Shown: positions 36,389 to 47,529, counted from the stretch's first letter. The stretch is DNA of 64,000 bases from Clostridia bacterium (GCA_040772725.1 JAXGXR010000002.1:477635-541634), one strand, 5' to 3'. A program made the numbers and translations. Notes: generated by a model not told the origin, from the sequence alone.

Positions 36389-36928
36389 ATGAAGATCAAC
36401 ATCAACGGCAAAGGCATGAAGGTCGGAGAGCATCTGCAGCAGCGGATCGAAGAAAAACTCGGCAAATTCAACCGGATTTTCGGAGACGAGGCGGTGGCAA
36501 ATGTCAAAGTCAGACCCGAGAAAGACCAGAAATGCATCGAGGTGACCCTCAAGATCCAGAATCACTATTATCGGGCCGAAACGATCGCAGAGGATGTTTT
36601 CACGGCTCTGGACCTCGCGGTGGAGGTGCTCGAAGGCCAGATCCGCAAGCATAAGACCAAGATCGAGAAAAAGATCCACGACTACGCCTACATGAAGGAG
36701 TATCTCAAGACCCAGGTTGCGCTGCCAGAAGAGGAAGCGGCCGATGAACCCAGGATCATCAGGCGCAAGAGTTTCGAGATTTCGCCGATGGACGCTGATG
36801 AAGCGGTCTTGCAGATGGAAATGCTCGGCCACAGTTTCCTCCTCTATCTTGATATGGAAACCGATAAAGTGTGTGTGGTGTACAAGCGCAAGGATGGTAA
36901 TTACGGATTGATCGAACCCAATTACTGA
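36389..36928 (+). CDS. hpf: Ribosome hibernation-promoting factor, long form
   Basis: S30AE/YfiA N-terminal domain (MKININGKGMKVGEHLQQRIEEKLGKF) plus the C-terminal dimerisation domain (KSFEISPMDADEAVLQMEMLGHSFLLY). Confidence 0.9.
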   Translation: MKININGKGMKVGEHLQQRIEEKLGKFNRIFGDEAVANVKVRPEKDQKCIEVTLKIQNHYYRAETIAEDVFTALDLAVEVLEGQIRKHKTKIEKKIHDYAYMKEYLKTQVALPEEEAADEPRIIRRKSFEISPMDADEAVLQMEMLGHSFLLYLDMETDKVCVVYKRKDGNYGLIEPNY

Positions 36929-37041
36929 TTCGCTCCAGGACACGATATGTCCCTGGCCGCGATGGATCTGCCGGCCACATGATGATATAGAAGCTCTCAC
37001 AAGCTAGACCCCTGAAATGAGCAGAGACCAGTCCTTGCGCG

Positions 37042-37075
37042 GAGGGTGCCCCAGGCGGGGCACCCTCTGGTTTTT
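37042..37075 (+). terminator. Intrinsic terminator after hpf
   Basis: GAGGGTGCCCC-AGGC-GGGGCACCCTC followed by TGGTTTTT. Confidence 0.75.
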
Positions 37076-37192
37076 CGCGCCCGGTGAAACCAGCCAGGAT
37101 CGATCGCGTGGCCTTCAGGCCGGTTTGAATCAGGCCGGTCTTTATACTACAATAGGAACACTCGCCTTGAACGAGCAGGAGGGACCAGACGC

Positions 37193-39622
37193 ATGGACAT
37201 TTTCGACGAGATCATCGACGCTCAGCCGAAGGCAGGAAAAAACAACAGGGACAGCTTGCGCGCGACCGCTGCCATGATGTCTGACGCCGGTGATCCGGCG
37301 TTTTTACCGGAGCAACTGCTGACCGGTCTCAATCGATACCAGGCCGAGGCGGTCCGCCATGACCAGGGACCGCTGCTGATCCTCGCCGGTGCCGGTTCCG
37401 GCAAAACGCGGGTCATCACACATCGCATCGCCTGGCTTGTACGCGTGCTCGGCGTGCGTCCATCGCAGATCCTGGCAATCACCTTCACCAACAAGGCAGC
37501 CGCGGAAATGAAGGGGCGGATCGAGCAGCTGATCGGTGATCGTGTCATGACCATGTGGGTCGGCACCTTTCACGCGATGATGATCCGGGTCCTGCGCCGT
37601 TTTGCCGACCGGCTCGGGTTTGATCGCAATTTCACGATTGTCGATACCGATGACCAGCTCAAGGTCATCAAGGCATGCCTGGCCGAGCTAAGGCTGGATG
37701 AGAAGGTCTTTGCCCCCAAGAGCGTCCATGGCCAGATCGGCAGCTGGAAGAATGCCTTGCTCGATCCGGCTGCGCAGGCGCGGTCAGCCGGCAACGAGTA
37801 CCGGATGGGCCGGATCGCCCAGGTTTACCAGCTTTATCAGGACCGGCTGAAAAAGAGCAACAGCATGGACTTTGATGATATCCTGTTTTTCGCCGTGCGG
37901 CTCCTGGAGGAAAATCCGGATGTCCGGACCGAGTATCAGGACCGCTTCCACTACATTCTGGTTGACGAGTACCAGGATACGAACCACGCCCAGTATCGGC
38001 TGGTGCGCATCCTGTCGGCCGTTCACCAGAACCTGTGCGTCGTGGGGGATGACGACCAGTCGATCTACAGTTTCCGGGGCGCGAACATCCAGAACATCCT
38101 CGATTTTGAAAAGGACTTCCCCAACTGCAAGGTCATCAAGCTCGAGCAGAACTACCGGTCGACCAGCACCATCCTCGACGCCGCCAACACCGTGATCAGC
38201 CACAATCGAGGCCGCAAGGCAAAATCCTTGTGGACCGAGTCGGACCGCGGCGACAAGATCACCTTCTACCGGGCCGACAACCATGGCGAGGAGGGCCACT
38301 ACATCGCCGGTGAAATCACCCGCGCCTGCCGCAATGGGAAAGGCGGCCACTTCCGGGACATCGCGATCCTTTACCGCCTCAACGCCTTGTCCAGAACCCT
38401 GGAGGCCGCGCTGCGCGACCGGGGCGTCCCCTACCGGATCTTTGGCGGCACCCGGTTCTATGATCGCCGCGAAATCAAGGATGTGCTGGCTTATCTGCGC
38501 CTGATCGCGATCCCGTCGGATGATCTGTCGTTTGACCGGATCATCAACCTGCCGCGGCGCGGAATCGGTGATGTGACCCTTGACCTGATCGAACGGGCCG
38601 CCGACGAGCGCGGGATCAGCAAACTGGCTGTCTGTCGACAGGCCATGGAGATTCCGGCGCTGTCGCGGACATCGGCACGGCTGAAAGCTTTTGCCGACCT
38701 GATCGACTCCATGCGTGGACGGCTTTATCAGGGCGATGACAGCCTGGCGTCCTTCATTGATTATGTCCAGTCCGAGTCCGGACTGATCGAGGATCTGATC
38801 AATGAGCAGGAGAAGAGCCGGCTTGAATCGGTTGACCGGTTGGAAAACCTGAAAGAACTGCTTTCCGACGCAGTCGAATTTTCCAACAGCCTCCTGGAAC
38901 TGCGTAACGGCGCACCCGAAGACATTGCGCCGGAGGATGAAGGCCTTCTGGCCGAACAATTGCCGGACGAACTGAACGCGTTTCTGGAACGGGCAGCGCT
39001 TTACTCCGAAATGGACGAGGACAGGACTGATAACGATTATGTCCGACTGATGACCATCCATAGTGCCAAGGGACTGGAGTTCAAGACGGTTTTCCTGGTC
39101 GGTGCGGAGGAAGGTTTGTTTCCCGGATATCGATCCCTGGCGAGCGAACAGGACCTTGAAGAAGAACGGCGGCTTGCCTATGTGGCGATCACCCGGGCCA
39201 GGGAACATCTGTACATCACGACGGCCCGCACCCGGTTGATCTTTGGACAGACCCAGACGATGCCCGTCTCCCGCTTCATCTGCGACATTCCCGGGGAATG
39301 CATCGAAGAATTCGGCGGCCCCCGGCGGGAAAGCCATGGACTAGGCGCGGCCCTTGGTGGGAGGACCGCTGAAGCGGGCACCACAGTCACCCCGTTCCTG
39401 AAAAGCACATTCGCGAAAGTCGCGCCGCGGCAGACATCCGGAAACAAAGGCGTCGACCCTGCGACCATTCGAAAAGGAGACCGCGTGAAGCATCCGCGAT
39501 TTGGCGTGGGCAAAGTGCAATCGGTCGATCCGGTGGCGGGCGATGCCATCCTGACGATCCAGTTTGAAGCGGGTGGACTCAAACGGATGATGGCTCGCCA
39601 GGCTCCGATTGAACTGATCTAA
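37193..39622 (+). CDS. pcrA: ATP-dependent DNA helicase PcrA (UvrD/Rep superfamily 1)
   Basis: Walker A AGAGSGKT, motif II VDEYQDTN, QNYRST, and the C-terminal VKHPRFGVGKV Tudor-like tail. Confidence 0.9.
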   Translation: MDIFDEIIDAQPKAGKNNRDSLRATAAMMSDAGDPAFLPEQLLTGLNRYQAEAVRHDQGPLLILAGAGSGKTRVITHRIAWLVRVLGVRPSQILAITFTNKAAAEMKGRIEQLIGDRVMTMWVGTFHAMMIRVLRRFADRLGFDRNFTIVDTDDQLKVIKACLAELRLDEKVFAPKSVHGQIGSWKNALLDPAAQARSAGNEYRMGRIAQVYQLYQDRLKKSNSMDFDDILFFAVRLLEENPDVRTEYQDRFHYILVDEYQDTNHAQYRLVRILSAVHQNLCVVGDDDQSIYSFRGANIQNILDFEKDFPNCKVIKLEQNYRSTSTILDAANTVISHNRGRKAKSLWTESDRGDKITFYRADNHGEEGHYIAGEITRACRNGKGGHFRDIAILYRLNALSRTLEAALRDRGVPYRIFGGTRFYDRREIKDVLAYLRLIAIPSDDLSFDRIINLPRRGIGDVTLDLIERAADERGISKLAVCRQAMEIPALSRTSARLKAFADLIDSMRGRLYQGDDSLASFIDYVQSESGLIEDLINEQEKSRLESVDRLENLKELLSDAVEFSNSLLELRNGAPEDIAPEDEGLLAEQLPDELNAFLERAALYSEMDEDRTDNDYVRLMTIHSAKGLEFKTVFLVGAEEGLFPGYRSLASEQDLEEERRLAYVAITRAREHLYITTARTRLIFGQTQTMPVSRFICDIPGECIEEFGGPRRESHGLGAALGGRTAEAGTTVTPFLKSTFAKVAPRQTSGNKGVDPATIRKGDRVKHPRFGVGKVQSVDPVAGDAILTIQFEAGGLKRMMARQAPIELI

Positions 39623-39643
39623 AGGGCGGACAGCAAATGCCGC

Positions 39644-41389
39644 TCAAGGCATGACCTGTTCGATCAGCGGGTTTTTGGCGTGGACCAGATACTGGTCGCC
39701 GCGCAGGACGACCTCGGCGATATTGTTGCAATGGTCGGAGATACGTTCGATCGTGTGCACGAGTTCGAGGAACAGGACGGTCGCCTTCGGATCGCAGACG
39801 CCGCGGTTCAGCCGGTCGAAGTGGCTGTCCCGGAGCTCGTCTTCCATTTTATCGACTTCCGGCTCATATTCCGTAATTTTCCTGGCAATGACCAGGTCGG
39901 TGTTGCGCAGAGCTGTGACACTCGCATCAACAATCTTTTCGATCATGGCGAACGCACGGTCAAGGTCGGCTTTGGCGATGTCGGAGAAATGGATGCTGCC
40001 GGCCCTCAACTGCAGCGATATGTCCGTGATGTTGCTGCAATAGTCGCCGATCCGCTCGATGTCGTTCGTCGCGTGCATGAGTCCGGCGATATGGGAGGCT
40101 TCTTTGCTGGTGACTGAGGCGGCTGAATAGATGCTCGACAGATACCGGACGATCTCGTTCTCCAGATAGTCCATGGTGTCCTCGTTGCCGAAGATCTTTT
40201 TCTCGAGCTCATCCGAATGAGACTTGATGATCTGGTGGCAATCATAGGTCATCTGCCTGGCGATCTCGGTCATGCGGGCCAGCTCCTTGGTCGCGAGATC
40301 GATCGCGATGGCCGGGCGGCTGACGACATTGTAGTCGATATAGGCCAGTTTCTTGACGACGATCGGGTCCTCGCCCGGAACGATCACCCGGACAATCTTG
40401 ACCATCAGCCAGACAAAGGGGATCCAGACGAGTGTGTTGGTCATGTTGAAGATGGTGTGTGAGACTGCGATCGATTCCTTCATGGCATCGGCGACCGGAG
40501 TCATCATGCCGGCGACGTTCGCGGTGGCGTCAGGGATCAGCACCTGCCCCAGGCGGGTCAGGATGAAATTGACCAGTGTTGTGTAGGGCCTGAGTATCAG
40601 CATGAAGATCACAGAGCCGGCGATGTTGAACACAGCATGGGCCGCCGCGGCCCGTTTGGCGTTGCGGGAACCGCCGATCGATGCCAGGATGGCGGTGATG
40701 GTCGTGCCGATGTTGCTGCCGAACAGGATCGGGATGGCCTGGTAGATCGAAATCAGCGGCATGCCGGAGGCATCCGCCGACGTGCCGGCCAGGGACTGGA
40801 GCACGCCGATCGCCGCTGAAGAACTCTGGACCGCCACGGTTGCCAATGCACCGACCACCATTCCCAGCACCGGCACATCCTTGATGTTGATCAGCAGTTC
40901 GGCGAACTGGGGCAGCTTGGCCAATGGCTTCATGGCCGCGCCCATGCTGTTGAGGCCGACGAAAAGGACACCGAATGAGAACATGATCTGTCCGATATGG
41001 CGGATGTTCGGCTTTTTGAACATGAATCGCATGATGAAGCCGGCCGCGACGAAAAGCCAGGCAAAGTCGTCGATCTTGGCCGCGACGATCCAGGCGGTCA
41101 TCGTCGTGCCGATGTTGGCGCCGAAGATGACGCCGATGGCTTGCGGCAGCGTCATCAGGCCAGCGCTGACAAAGCCGACGACCATGACGGTCGTGGCGGA
41201 TGAACTCTGGATGATGATGGTGACGAGGGTGCCGACCAGGACGCCCATGAGGGGATTGCTGGTCAGCATCTGGAGAATGCGCCTCATCCGGTCTCCGGCT
41301 GCCTTCTGCAAGCCTTCACCCATCTGCTGCATGCCATAGATGAAAAGGGCGAGACCGCCGAACAAGGCGAAAAATGTTTGAATAGTCAT
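39644..41389 (-). CDS. Na+/phosphate cotransporter family protein with a C-terminal PhoU-like domain
   Basis: Two Na_Pi_cotrans repeats (QSSSATT, QSSSAAI) and PhoU-like helical repeats. Start set at the ATG at 41389 with an AGGAGG RBS. Confidence 0.85.
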   Translation of the reverse strand: MTIQTFFALFGGLALFIYGMQQMGEGLQKAAGDRMRRILQMLTSNPLMGVLVGTLVTIIIQSSSATTVMVVGFVSAGLMTLPQAIGVIFGANIGTTMTAWIVAAKIDDFAWLFVAAGFIMRFMFKKPNIRHIGQIMFSFGVLFVGLNSMGAAMKPLAKLPQFAELLINIKDVPVLGMVVGALATVAVQSSSAAIGVLQSLAGTSADASGMPLISIYQAIPILFGSNIGTTITAILASIGGSRNAKRAAAAHAVFNIAGSVIFMLILRPYTTLVNFILTRLGQVLIPDATANVAGMMTPVADAMKESIAVSHTIFNMTNTLVWIPFVWLMVKIVRVIVPGEDPIVVKKLAYIDYNVVSRPAIAIDLATKELARMTEIARQMTYDCHQIIKSHSDELEKKIFGNEDTMDYLENEIVRYLSSIYSAASVTSKEASHIAGLMHATNDIERIGDYCSNITDISLQLRAGSIHFSDIAKADLDRAFAMIEKIVDASVTALRNTDLVIARKITEYEPEVDKMEDELRDSHFDRLNRGVCDPKATVLFLELVHTIERISDHCNNIAEVVLRGDQYLVHAKNPLIEQVMP

Positions 41390-41637
41390 GTCTGAGCCTC
41401 CTGCTTCGGGCTGACTGTTTTTTTCCATTAAATTCCACGTTAATTCTAGCTTAATCGCTTGGCAAGGACAACGGCCATTTTGGAGAAAATGAACGGGTTT
41501 TTAGCACTGGGCTTGTCCATGGGTGACAAGTGCGGGCGGCGAAAGCATCCGGATATGGTATAATGACGGATAATTCAAGATCAAAAAACGGCCAGGCGCA
41601 TCAGATGATCAGACGGCCGGCAGGAGATATCTTTTTT

Positions 41638-42831
41638 ATGACGCAACTCGTGGTCATCCGCTGTGATGGTTATAACCCAGCGCAGATCCGTTCCGGACTG
41701 CATCTTGCCTTTAAGACATTGGATATGAACCGTGATTGCCAAAGCGGTGAAAAGATCCTGATCAAGCCCAATCTGCTGTCTGCGGTCACGCCGGAACAGG
41801 CGGTCACACCGCATCCGGAAGTCCTGCGAGCCCTGGCACAAAATCTCGCGCCCATGGGACTTGGCCTGTCGATCGGCGATTCGCCTGCTTTTGACGCGTC
41901 TGACAAAGCCCTGCGCATTTCCGGGCTGGCGACTGTTGCTGCCGAGATGGACATTGGCATTGCGGATTTCGAGCATCAGACAACGATTGATTTTCCGGAA
42001 GGCGTGGCCTTGCGCCGTTTCAACGTAGCAAAAGGTGTCGCGGACGCGGAAGGGATCATCAGCCTGTGCAAAATGAAAACCCATGCTTTGACTGGTATGA
42101 CCGGCGCGGTCAAGAACCAGCTTGGCGTGATCGTTGGTCCTCAGAAGGCGAAAATGCATGTGCAGTATCCGGACGTGGAGTCCTTTTCCAGGATGCTGGT
42201 CGACATCAACCGCGCGCTCAGGCCGCGCCTTTACGTCATGGACGGCATCACCGCCCTGGAAGGCAACGGGCCACGCAATGGACAGCCCCGTTTCGTCGGC
42301 CTTCTCATGGTGTCCCGGGATCCGGTGCTGGTCGACGCTTTTGCCGCTTCTGTCATGGGCCTGGATCCGCAGTCCATCGAGACGGTGCGGGCCGGCCAAC
42401 TGGCTGGACTGGGAAACGGTGACCTTGAATCGGCGAAATCAGCCCTCTTTGACCTGCGCGATGGCCAGCCGGCATCGGTTCGCGAGCGGGTCGGTCGTGC
42501 GTCGGATTTTGCGTCTGAACTGATGATTCCGGATTTTGTCCATGCCCAGACCCAGCGCTCGGTGATGGGCAGGCTGGCCAGTCTCGGTGCGCCGATCGTC
42601 AAGGGTCAGATCATGAACCGGCCGACCATCGACAAGAACCGTTGCACCCGCTGTGGCATCTGTGTCAAAGCGTGTCCCTTGGAGCCACCCGCGGTGGACC
42701 GGCAGAAAAAGAACACGGTTCCCGAGTACCAATACACCCGATGCATCCGATGCTATTGCTGCCAGGAAGTTTGCCCTGCCGGCGCGATCAGCGTGAAAAA
42801 GACGCTGATCGGCCGCCTGCTGAGGATGTAG
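41638..42831 (+). CDS. DUF362-domain protein with a C-terminal 2x[4Fe-4S] ferredoxin domain
   Basis: KPNLL...HPEV DUF362-type N-terminal region and CTRCGICVKACP / CIRCYCCQEVCP cluster motifs. Start set at the internal ATG at 41638. Confidence 0.7.
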   Translation: MTQLVVIRCDGYNPAQIRSGLHLAFKTLDMNRDCQSGEKILIKPNLLSAVTPEQAVTPHPEVLRALAQNLAPMGLGLSIGDSPAFDASDKALRISGLATVAAEMDIGIADFEHQTTIDFPEGVALRRFNVAKGVADAEGIISLCKMKTHALTGMTGAVKNQLGVIVGPQKAKMHVQYPDVESFSRMLVDINRALRPRLYVMDGITALEGNGPRNGQPRFVGLLMVSRDPVLVDAFAASVMGLDPQSIETVRAGQLAGLGNGDLESAKSALFDLRDGQPASVRERVGRASDFASELMIPDFVHAQTQRSVMGRLASLGAPIVKGQIMNRPTIDKNRCTRCGICVKACPLEPPAVDRQKKNTVPEYQYTRCIRCYCCQEVCPAGAISVKKTLIGRLLRM

Positions 42832-42868
42832 CACCGCTTTCGCGCCGTGACGGCCCGGGAGGTAGACC

Positions 42869-43996
42869 ATGTTGCCGAGACTGCTTCGGGAAGAACAAGA
42901 GCAATCCTTGAGTCCATTCGCTTGTCAAAGCCGGGATTCACGCGGCCGGACCGAACCGGACGAGCCATGCACGGTCCGGACGGTATTCGAACGGGACACC
43001 GGACGCATCATCTATTCGATGGAGTTCAGGCGCCTGCGCCACAAGACGCAGGTTTTCTTCGATCCCCAGAACGATCATATCTGCACCCGCATGGAGCATG
43101 TCATCCAGGTCAATTACATCGCGAACACGATCGGCCGTGCCCTCAACCTGAACGGCGACCTGATCGAGGCGATCGCTCTGGGCCACGATCTGGGGCATTC
43201 TCCTTTTGGTCATACCGGTGAAAAGACGCTTGACCGTTGTCTGAAACAAGTGGCGCCGGACCTGCTGTTCCAGCACGAACGACATGGCCTGCGGGTGGTG
43301 GACGAATTGGCTGTGAGGCACGGGAGGCACGGACTCAATCTGACCTTCGAGGTGCGAGACGGCATCGTCAGCCACTGCGGGGAGACCTATAGTGAGCATG
43401 TCCTGGTTCCGGACCGGAACAAGCCGACCGGGAGCCTTTCCGGAACGATGGCCGGTCGCGGGATGCCCGCGACGCTCGAGGCTTGTGTCGTGCGGATCGC
43501 CGACAAGATTGCCTATGTCGGCCGCGACATCGAGGACGCGGCCCGGGCGGGCATCATGGAGTTTGAGGACATTCCGGACGCGATCCAGACAGCGCTTGGC
43601 CGGACGAACGGCCAGATCATCAACACGCTGGTGACCGACATCATCGAACATAGCCACGGTGAGGACGCGATCATCATGAGCCCTGAGCGCGGTGACCTGA
43701 TGGAACAGCTGCTGAAGGACAATGTCGACCGGATCTATCGTTCGGAGAAGATCAGACGCTACGAAAAAATGGTGACGAATGTCATCGAGGGCCTTTTCGA
43801 AGCGCTCCTGCACGGCGCCATGGACGAGGAGAAGCTTGCGGCCAGCAAGAACAGGGTTTACCAGGGGTTTTTCGCCTACCTCCGGGAGCGCGCCTACGGG
43901 CCGCAGGTGCATCCGGCGCAGAAGGTCGTCGACTACATCGCCGGCATGACGGATACCTACGCTTCACGCAGTTTTGAAAACATCTACTGGTTCTGA
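42869..43996 (+). CDS. dGTPase-like deoxynucleoside-triphosphate triphosphohydrolase (HD domain)
   Basis: FERDTGRIIYSMEFRRLRHKTQVF, RMEHVIQV and LGHDLGHSPFGH motifs of the Dgt family. Confidence 0.8.
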   Translation: MLPRLLREEQEQSLSPFACQSRDSRGRTEPDEPCTVRTVFERDTGRIIYSMEFRRLRHKTQVFFDPQNDHICTRMEHVIQVNYIANTIGRALNLNGDLIEAIALGHDLGHSPFGHTGEKTLDRCLKQVAPDLLFQHERHGLRVVDELAVRHGRHGLNLTFEVRDGIVSHCGETYSEHVLVPDRNKPTGSLSGTMAGRGMPATLEACVVRIADKIAYVGRDIEDAARAGIMEFEDIPDAIQTALGRTNGQIINTLVTDIIEHSHGEDAIIMSPERGDLMEQLLKDNVDRIYRSEKIRRYEKMVTNVIEGLFEALLHGAMDEEKLAASKNRVYQGFFAYLRERAYGPQVHPAQKVVDYIAGMTDTYASRSFENIYWF

Positions 43997-44061
43997 GACA
44001 GTTAGAGTACATCCGGGCGGTTTTTCAGGATTGATGGCTGCCCGAACGGGGGAAGGACTCG

Positions 44062-44697
44062 ATGGGACATCATTTTTTTGCCATGATCGGCCGCATGAGG
44101 TACATCAACCGCTGGGGCCTGATGCGGAACACACAGTCGGAAAACATCTCTGAACATTCCCTGCAGGTCGCAATGATCGCCCACGCCCTGGCGGTGATCC
44201 GAGGACGGGACGGCGGGGCAGGCCGCCCGTCGGTCGATCCTGCGCAGGTGGCGCTGCTCGCGCTTTACCATGATGCTTCGGAGATCCTCACCGGTGATTT
44301 GCCGACGCCGGTCAAGTATTTCAACCCCGCGATCCGCGATGCCTATCAGGCGGTGGAGTCGGTCGCGACCAGCCGGCTGCTCAGCTTGCTGCCGGCGGAC
44401 CTGGTGCCCGACTTCCGGCCGATTCTCGAGCCGGACCGGGATGATCCGGTCATCCGGGAAAGCCTTGTGCTTGTCAAGGCCGCCGACCGGATCAGTGCCT
44501 ACCTCAAATGCGTGGAGGAGGGCAAGGCCGGAAACAGTGAATTTGTTCAGGCCGGACGGGCCACACTGGCCAAGATCCAGGCCATGGACCTGCCGGAAGT
44601 GACGCGTTTCATGCGTGATTTTGTACCATCGTTTTCGCTGACCCTGGATGAGCTGGACAGTGGCGAAGGGCCATCCGATCCGGCCGGCGCCCTTTGA
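44062..44697 (+). CDS. yfbR: HD-domain 5'-deoxynucleotidase, YfbR-like
   Basis: RYINRWGLMRNTQSENISEHSLQVAMIAH...LYHDASEILTGDLPTPVK is the YfbR-type signature. Confidence 0.75.
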   Translation: MGHHFFAMIGRMRYINRWGLMRNTQSENISEHSLQVAMIAHALAVIRGRDGGAGRPSVDPAQVALLALYHDASEILTGDLPTPVKYFNPAIRDAYQAVESVATSRLLSLLPADLVPDFRPILEPDRDDPVIRESLVLVKAADRISAYLKCVEEGKAGNSEFVQAGRATLAKIQAMDLPEVTRFMRDFVPSFSLTLDELDSGEGPSDPAGAL

Positions 44698-44700
44698 TCG

Positions 44701-47529
44701 ATGGATCACTTTGACGACACAGTGGCGCAAGACCACCGGAATGAGGTGAAAAAGCCCCGGACCAATCGTTCTGCCGGCATTCACGTACCATTGGCCGAAA
44801 CAGCCGTGCTCGTGATTCTGCTGTTGCTTGGCTTGCTGGCTGTGATCGGCGCCAGGGTCGTTTCCGATCGCCTGGAACCCGGCTTCCCAATCAGCAGGGA
44901 ACTAAACCCGGCTGGGATAACCCGTGTCCTTTCGGCAGATCAGGCCCGTGCGCTCATGACTGAGGCGTCGTTGCTGCGTGGAGCGGACGGACAGTCTTTT
45001 CCCTCGATTGAATGGGCGGACCTGCTTCAAACAGATCCGAACGCACTGGGCATTTTTCTTTTGCGTTCCCTCACGACGGTCGATTACCTGAGCCAGCAAA
45101 AGGATGACGTGCAGTTTGCCCGGGATGTCCGGGTGCTTCTGGAGGCTGCCGGATCGGAACGATTGCTGGACGAGGGCACGTTGCCGGCGGACCCGATGCT
45201 GTCTGATGCAGGGGGTGAGACTGGCGGTGCTTCAGATGATCCCCCGCGCCAGACTCGGGTCGCCTGGCTCAGACAGGCGGTTCTGACCGCAGGTTTCAGC
45301 CCGGACGGGCTGGGCGAAGCGCCGCCCTTGACCGGCCATCTGGAAACGATGGCGACTACTGGCCTTGTTCCGGAATCGGGCGACACCCTCGTCGGCTCCA
45401 GGTCTGTGTCAACCGTTGTCGACATCAAGCCGGACCCCGCGCTTGCCAACAAAGAATCCTGGTTCGCCGGGATCCTTGGGTCGTCTGATCGGTCGATGCC
45501 CCTGACCATCCGGCAGGTGCTGTATCTGGACGGACAGGTTCTGGCTGCCAGTCCGGTCATCACTGCTGTCAGCCCACAAAGCGAATTCATCCTGACGATG
45601 GATGTTCGCCACCAGGCATCCGGCACCTATCAGGCTCGTCTGCTTGCCCTGGGCTGTGATGGTCGGGGCGTTTACCGGGAAATCGGGAGCATCAGGATAC
45701 CGGAGGTTTTCGAGCTGGGCGCGGGGGATGTCAGGAAGATGTCGCTTGAACCGGATGCAAAGGACTTGTATGTCTCCATTCCTGCGGACACATCTGGTAC
45801 CAGACCCTTTTACGCCCTGACGGTCGTCCGGCCGGACGCCCCTGTTGCCGCCGAACTCTTCGATATCGATGGCACATTGATTGCCCATTCGGACAATCCG
45901 GATGACCAGTGGGAAGCACTTCGGGGCTTCGGGTCTGAAGTCCCGAGCGTCGCTGAGGACATGCCTGCCGATGGCTCAGGGCATTTCCCGATCCAGGAGC
46001 CTGCGTCGCAGGACTTTGCAGCCTATGCCCGGCTGCTTCGCCCGGACCGTGAGGCCACAGAAGGGCAAGGGATCCGATTCACGCTCGTTCAATCCGTAGA
46101 GGTTGCATGCGACAACTCCAGTCCGGATACAATCTATGCTGTCATGGGGAGGAATGAGACCGGCCTGGAGCTGAAAGGCACTGACGGACAGGTGTACACG
46201 CGACCTCAAGCGGATGTCAGGCTCATCGACCTCGCGGCACGCCTGTCAGATCTTGAGCTTATCGCGGCGGGCAGACCGGTTGACCTGTATCCGGTGTTTG
46301 ACCCGGAGGTGGATCGGTACGGCCTTTACCTGCCATCCGGCATGGATGTGATCACGTTGGATGCCTGGGCCAGCGAAGGCAGTTTTTCCAATATCGCGAT
46401 CGTTCATGAACAAGAGGGCCGGCCGCCCACGCCCCGGGATCCCGGGGATCCATTCGCGCTTCAGGGCGGTGAGCAAACGCTTGCCATCACGGTCACGAAC
46501 AAACTGGGGGCGACCCGGACTTACCGATTGCATGTGCTATTGCCAGCCCAGGATCAGACGGGTTATCACACGGTGCTGGAGTCCTTTCCGGAGAGCTACC
46601 GGTCCGCCCTTTATCTGATGCATGTGAAACAGCCGCATTATGTGTTCAAGGCACTGCAGACTGACCTGACCTTCGATGAATTTGTCGACGCTCAGACCTT
46701 TCAGGACCGGAGCCTGGTGGATGCCGCCCACGCTCCGGAAAGCTGGGTGGTGCCCGGCAGTCCCGTGTATGACGGCAGATCCTGGAAAGCGGCAAGCCAT
46801 GATGTCGTGGCGTACTTTGCCGACCCGCGCAATTTCCTCAATGAGCAGGACCTGTTCCAGTTTGAAACGCTGTCTTTTGATGCCACGACACAAACCCTGG
46901 CTGCGGTTCAAGCGATGCTGGCCGGCACATTCATGGCCCCCGATCATGAAAAGGCCCAGGCTGGTGTCGACTATGCCGGACTGGTCATGCGGGCTGCGGA
47001 ACAGGCCGGGATCAGCCCGCTGTTCATCGCCGCCAAGATCATCCAGGAGATGGGGCGAAACGGAGAATCCCCACTGGCGTTCGGCCAGCTGCCGGGATAC
47101 GAGGGTGTCTACAATTTTTTCAATATCGGCGCGACACCCGATCCGGCTGTGCAGGATGGAGCCCGGATCAACGGGGCGCGGTTCGCCTTGTATGGGCGCA
47201 GCCCGGATGAGCGGGAAATCACAGCCGATGAGGAAGCGATCCTTCTGCCCTGGACGACACCCGAAAGGGCCATCATCGGGGGGGCGACATGGATCGCGCG
47301 CGGCTACATCGCCATCGGCCAGGACACCCTGTACCTGCAAAAATTCGATCTGGTTTCCGAAGACGGACTTTTCATCCACCAGTACGCGCAGAACATCCAG
47401 ATGGCCTGGGCTGAAGGACGAAGGACCTACCGGGCCTATCAGGACATGGGTCTGCTGGACAGGGCCTTCTCCTTCACGATCCCGGTGTTCCGCGATATGC
47501 CGACACAATGGCCTGAATTACCGTCCTGA
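44701..47529 (+). CDS. Large membrane-anchored protein: unknown N-terminal region, cadherin-like beta-sandwich, GH73-like N-acetylglucosaminidase domain
   Basis: TM anchor AVLVILLLLGLLAVIGA. Cadherin-like segment (YGLYLPSGMDVITLDAWASEG...TRTYRLHV). The C-terminal domain (IAAKIIQEMGRNGESPLAFG...YNFFNIGA...LYLQKFD) is paralogous to the next gene. Confidence 0.7.
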   Translation: MDHFDDTVAQDHRNEVKKPRTNRSAGIHVPLAETAVLVILLLLGLLAVIGARVVSDRLEPGFPISRELNPAGITRVLSADQARALMTEASLLRGADGQSFPSIEWADLLQTDPNALGIFLLRSLTTVDYLSQQKDDVQFARDVRVLLEAAGSERLLDEGTLPADPMLSDAGGETGGASDDPPRQTRVAWLRQAVLTAGFSPDGLGEAPPLTGHLETMATTGLVPESGDTLVGSRSVSTVVDIKPDPALANKESWFAGILGSSDRSMPLTIRQVLYLDGQVLAASPVITAVSPQSEFILTMDVRHQASGTYQARLLALGCDGRGVYREIGSIRIPEVFELGAGDVRKMSLEPDAKDLYVSIPADTSGTRPFYALTVVRPDAPVAAELFDIDGTLIAHSDNPDDQWEALRGFGSEVPSVAEDMPADGSGHFPIQEPASQDFAAYARLLRPDREATEGQGIRFTLVQSVEVACDNSSPDTIYAVMGRNETGLELKGTDGQVYTRPQADVRLIDLAARLSDLELIAAGRPVDLYPVFDPEVDRYGLYLPSGMDVITLDAWASEGSFSNIAIVHEQEGRPPTPRDPGDPFALQGGEQTLAITVTNKLGATRTYRLHVLLPAQDQTGYHTVLESFPESYRSALYLMHVKQPHYVFKALQTDLTFDEFVDAQTFQDRSLVDAAHAPESWVVPGSPVYDGRSWKAASHDVVAYFADPRNFLNEQDLFQFETLSFDATTQTLAAVQAMLAGTFMAPDHEKAQAGVDYAGLVMRAAEQAGISPLFIAAKIIQEMGRNGESPLAFGQLPGYEGVYNFFNIGATPDPAVQDGARINGARFALYGRSPDEREITADEEAILLPWTTPERAIIGGATWIARGYIAIGQDTLYLQKFDLVSEDGLFIHQYAQNIQMAWAEGRRTYRAYQDMGLLDRAFSFTIPVFRDMPTQWPELPS

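Noticed and set aside
42869-44697. Adjacent dGTPase-like and YfbR-like HD hydrolases as a possible nucleotide-depletion anti-phage system
   Set aside because: Both are common housekeeping families in Bacillota. They sit among core genes (pcrA, a transporter, folC). No partner defence genes, mobile elements or compositional anomaly are nearby.
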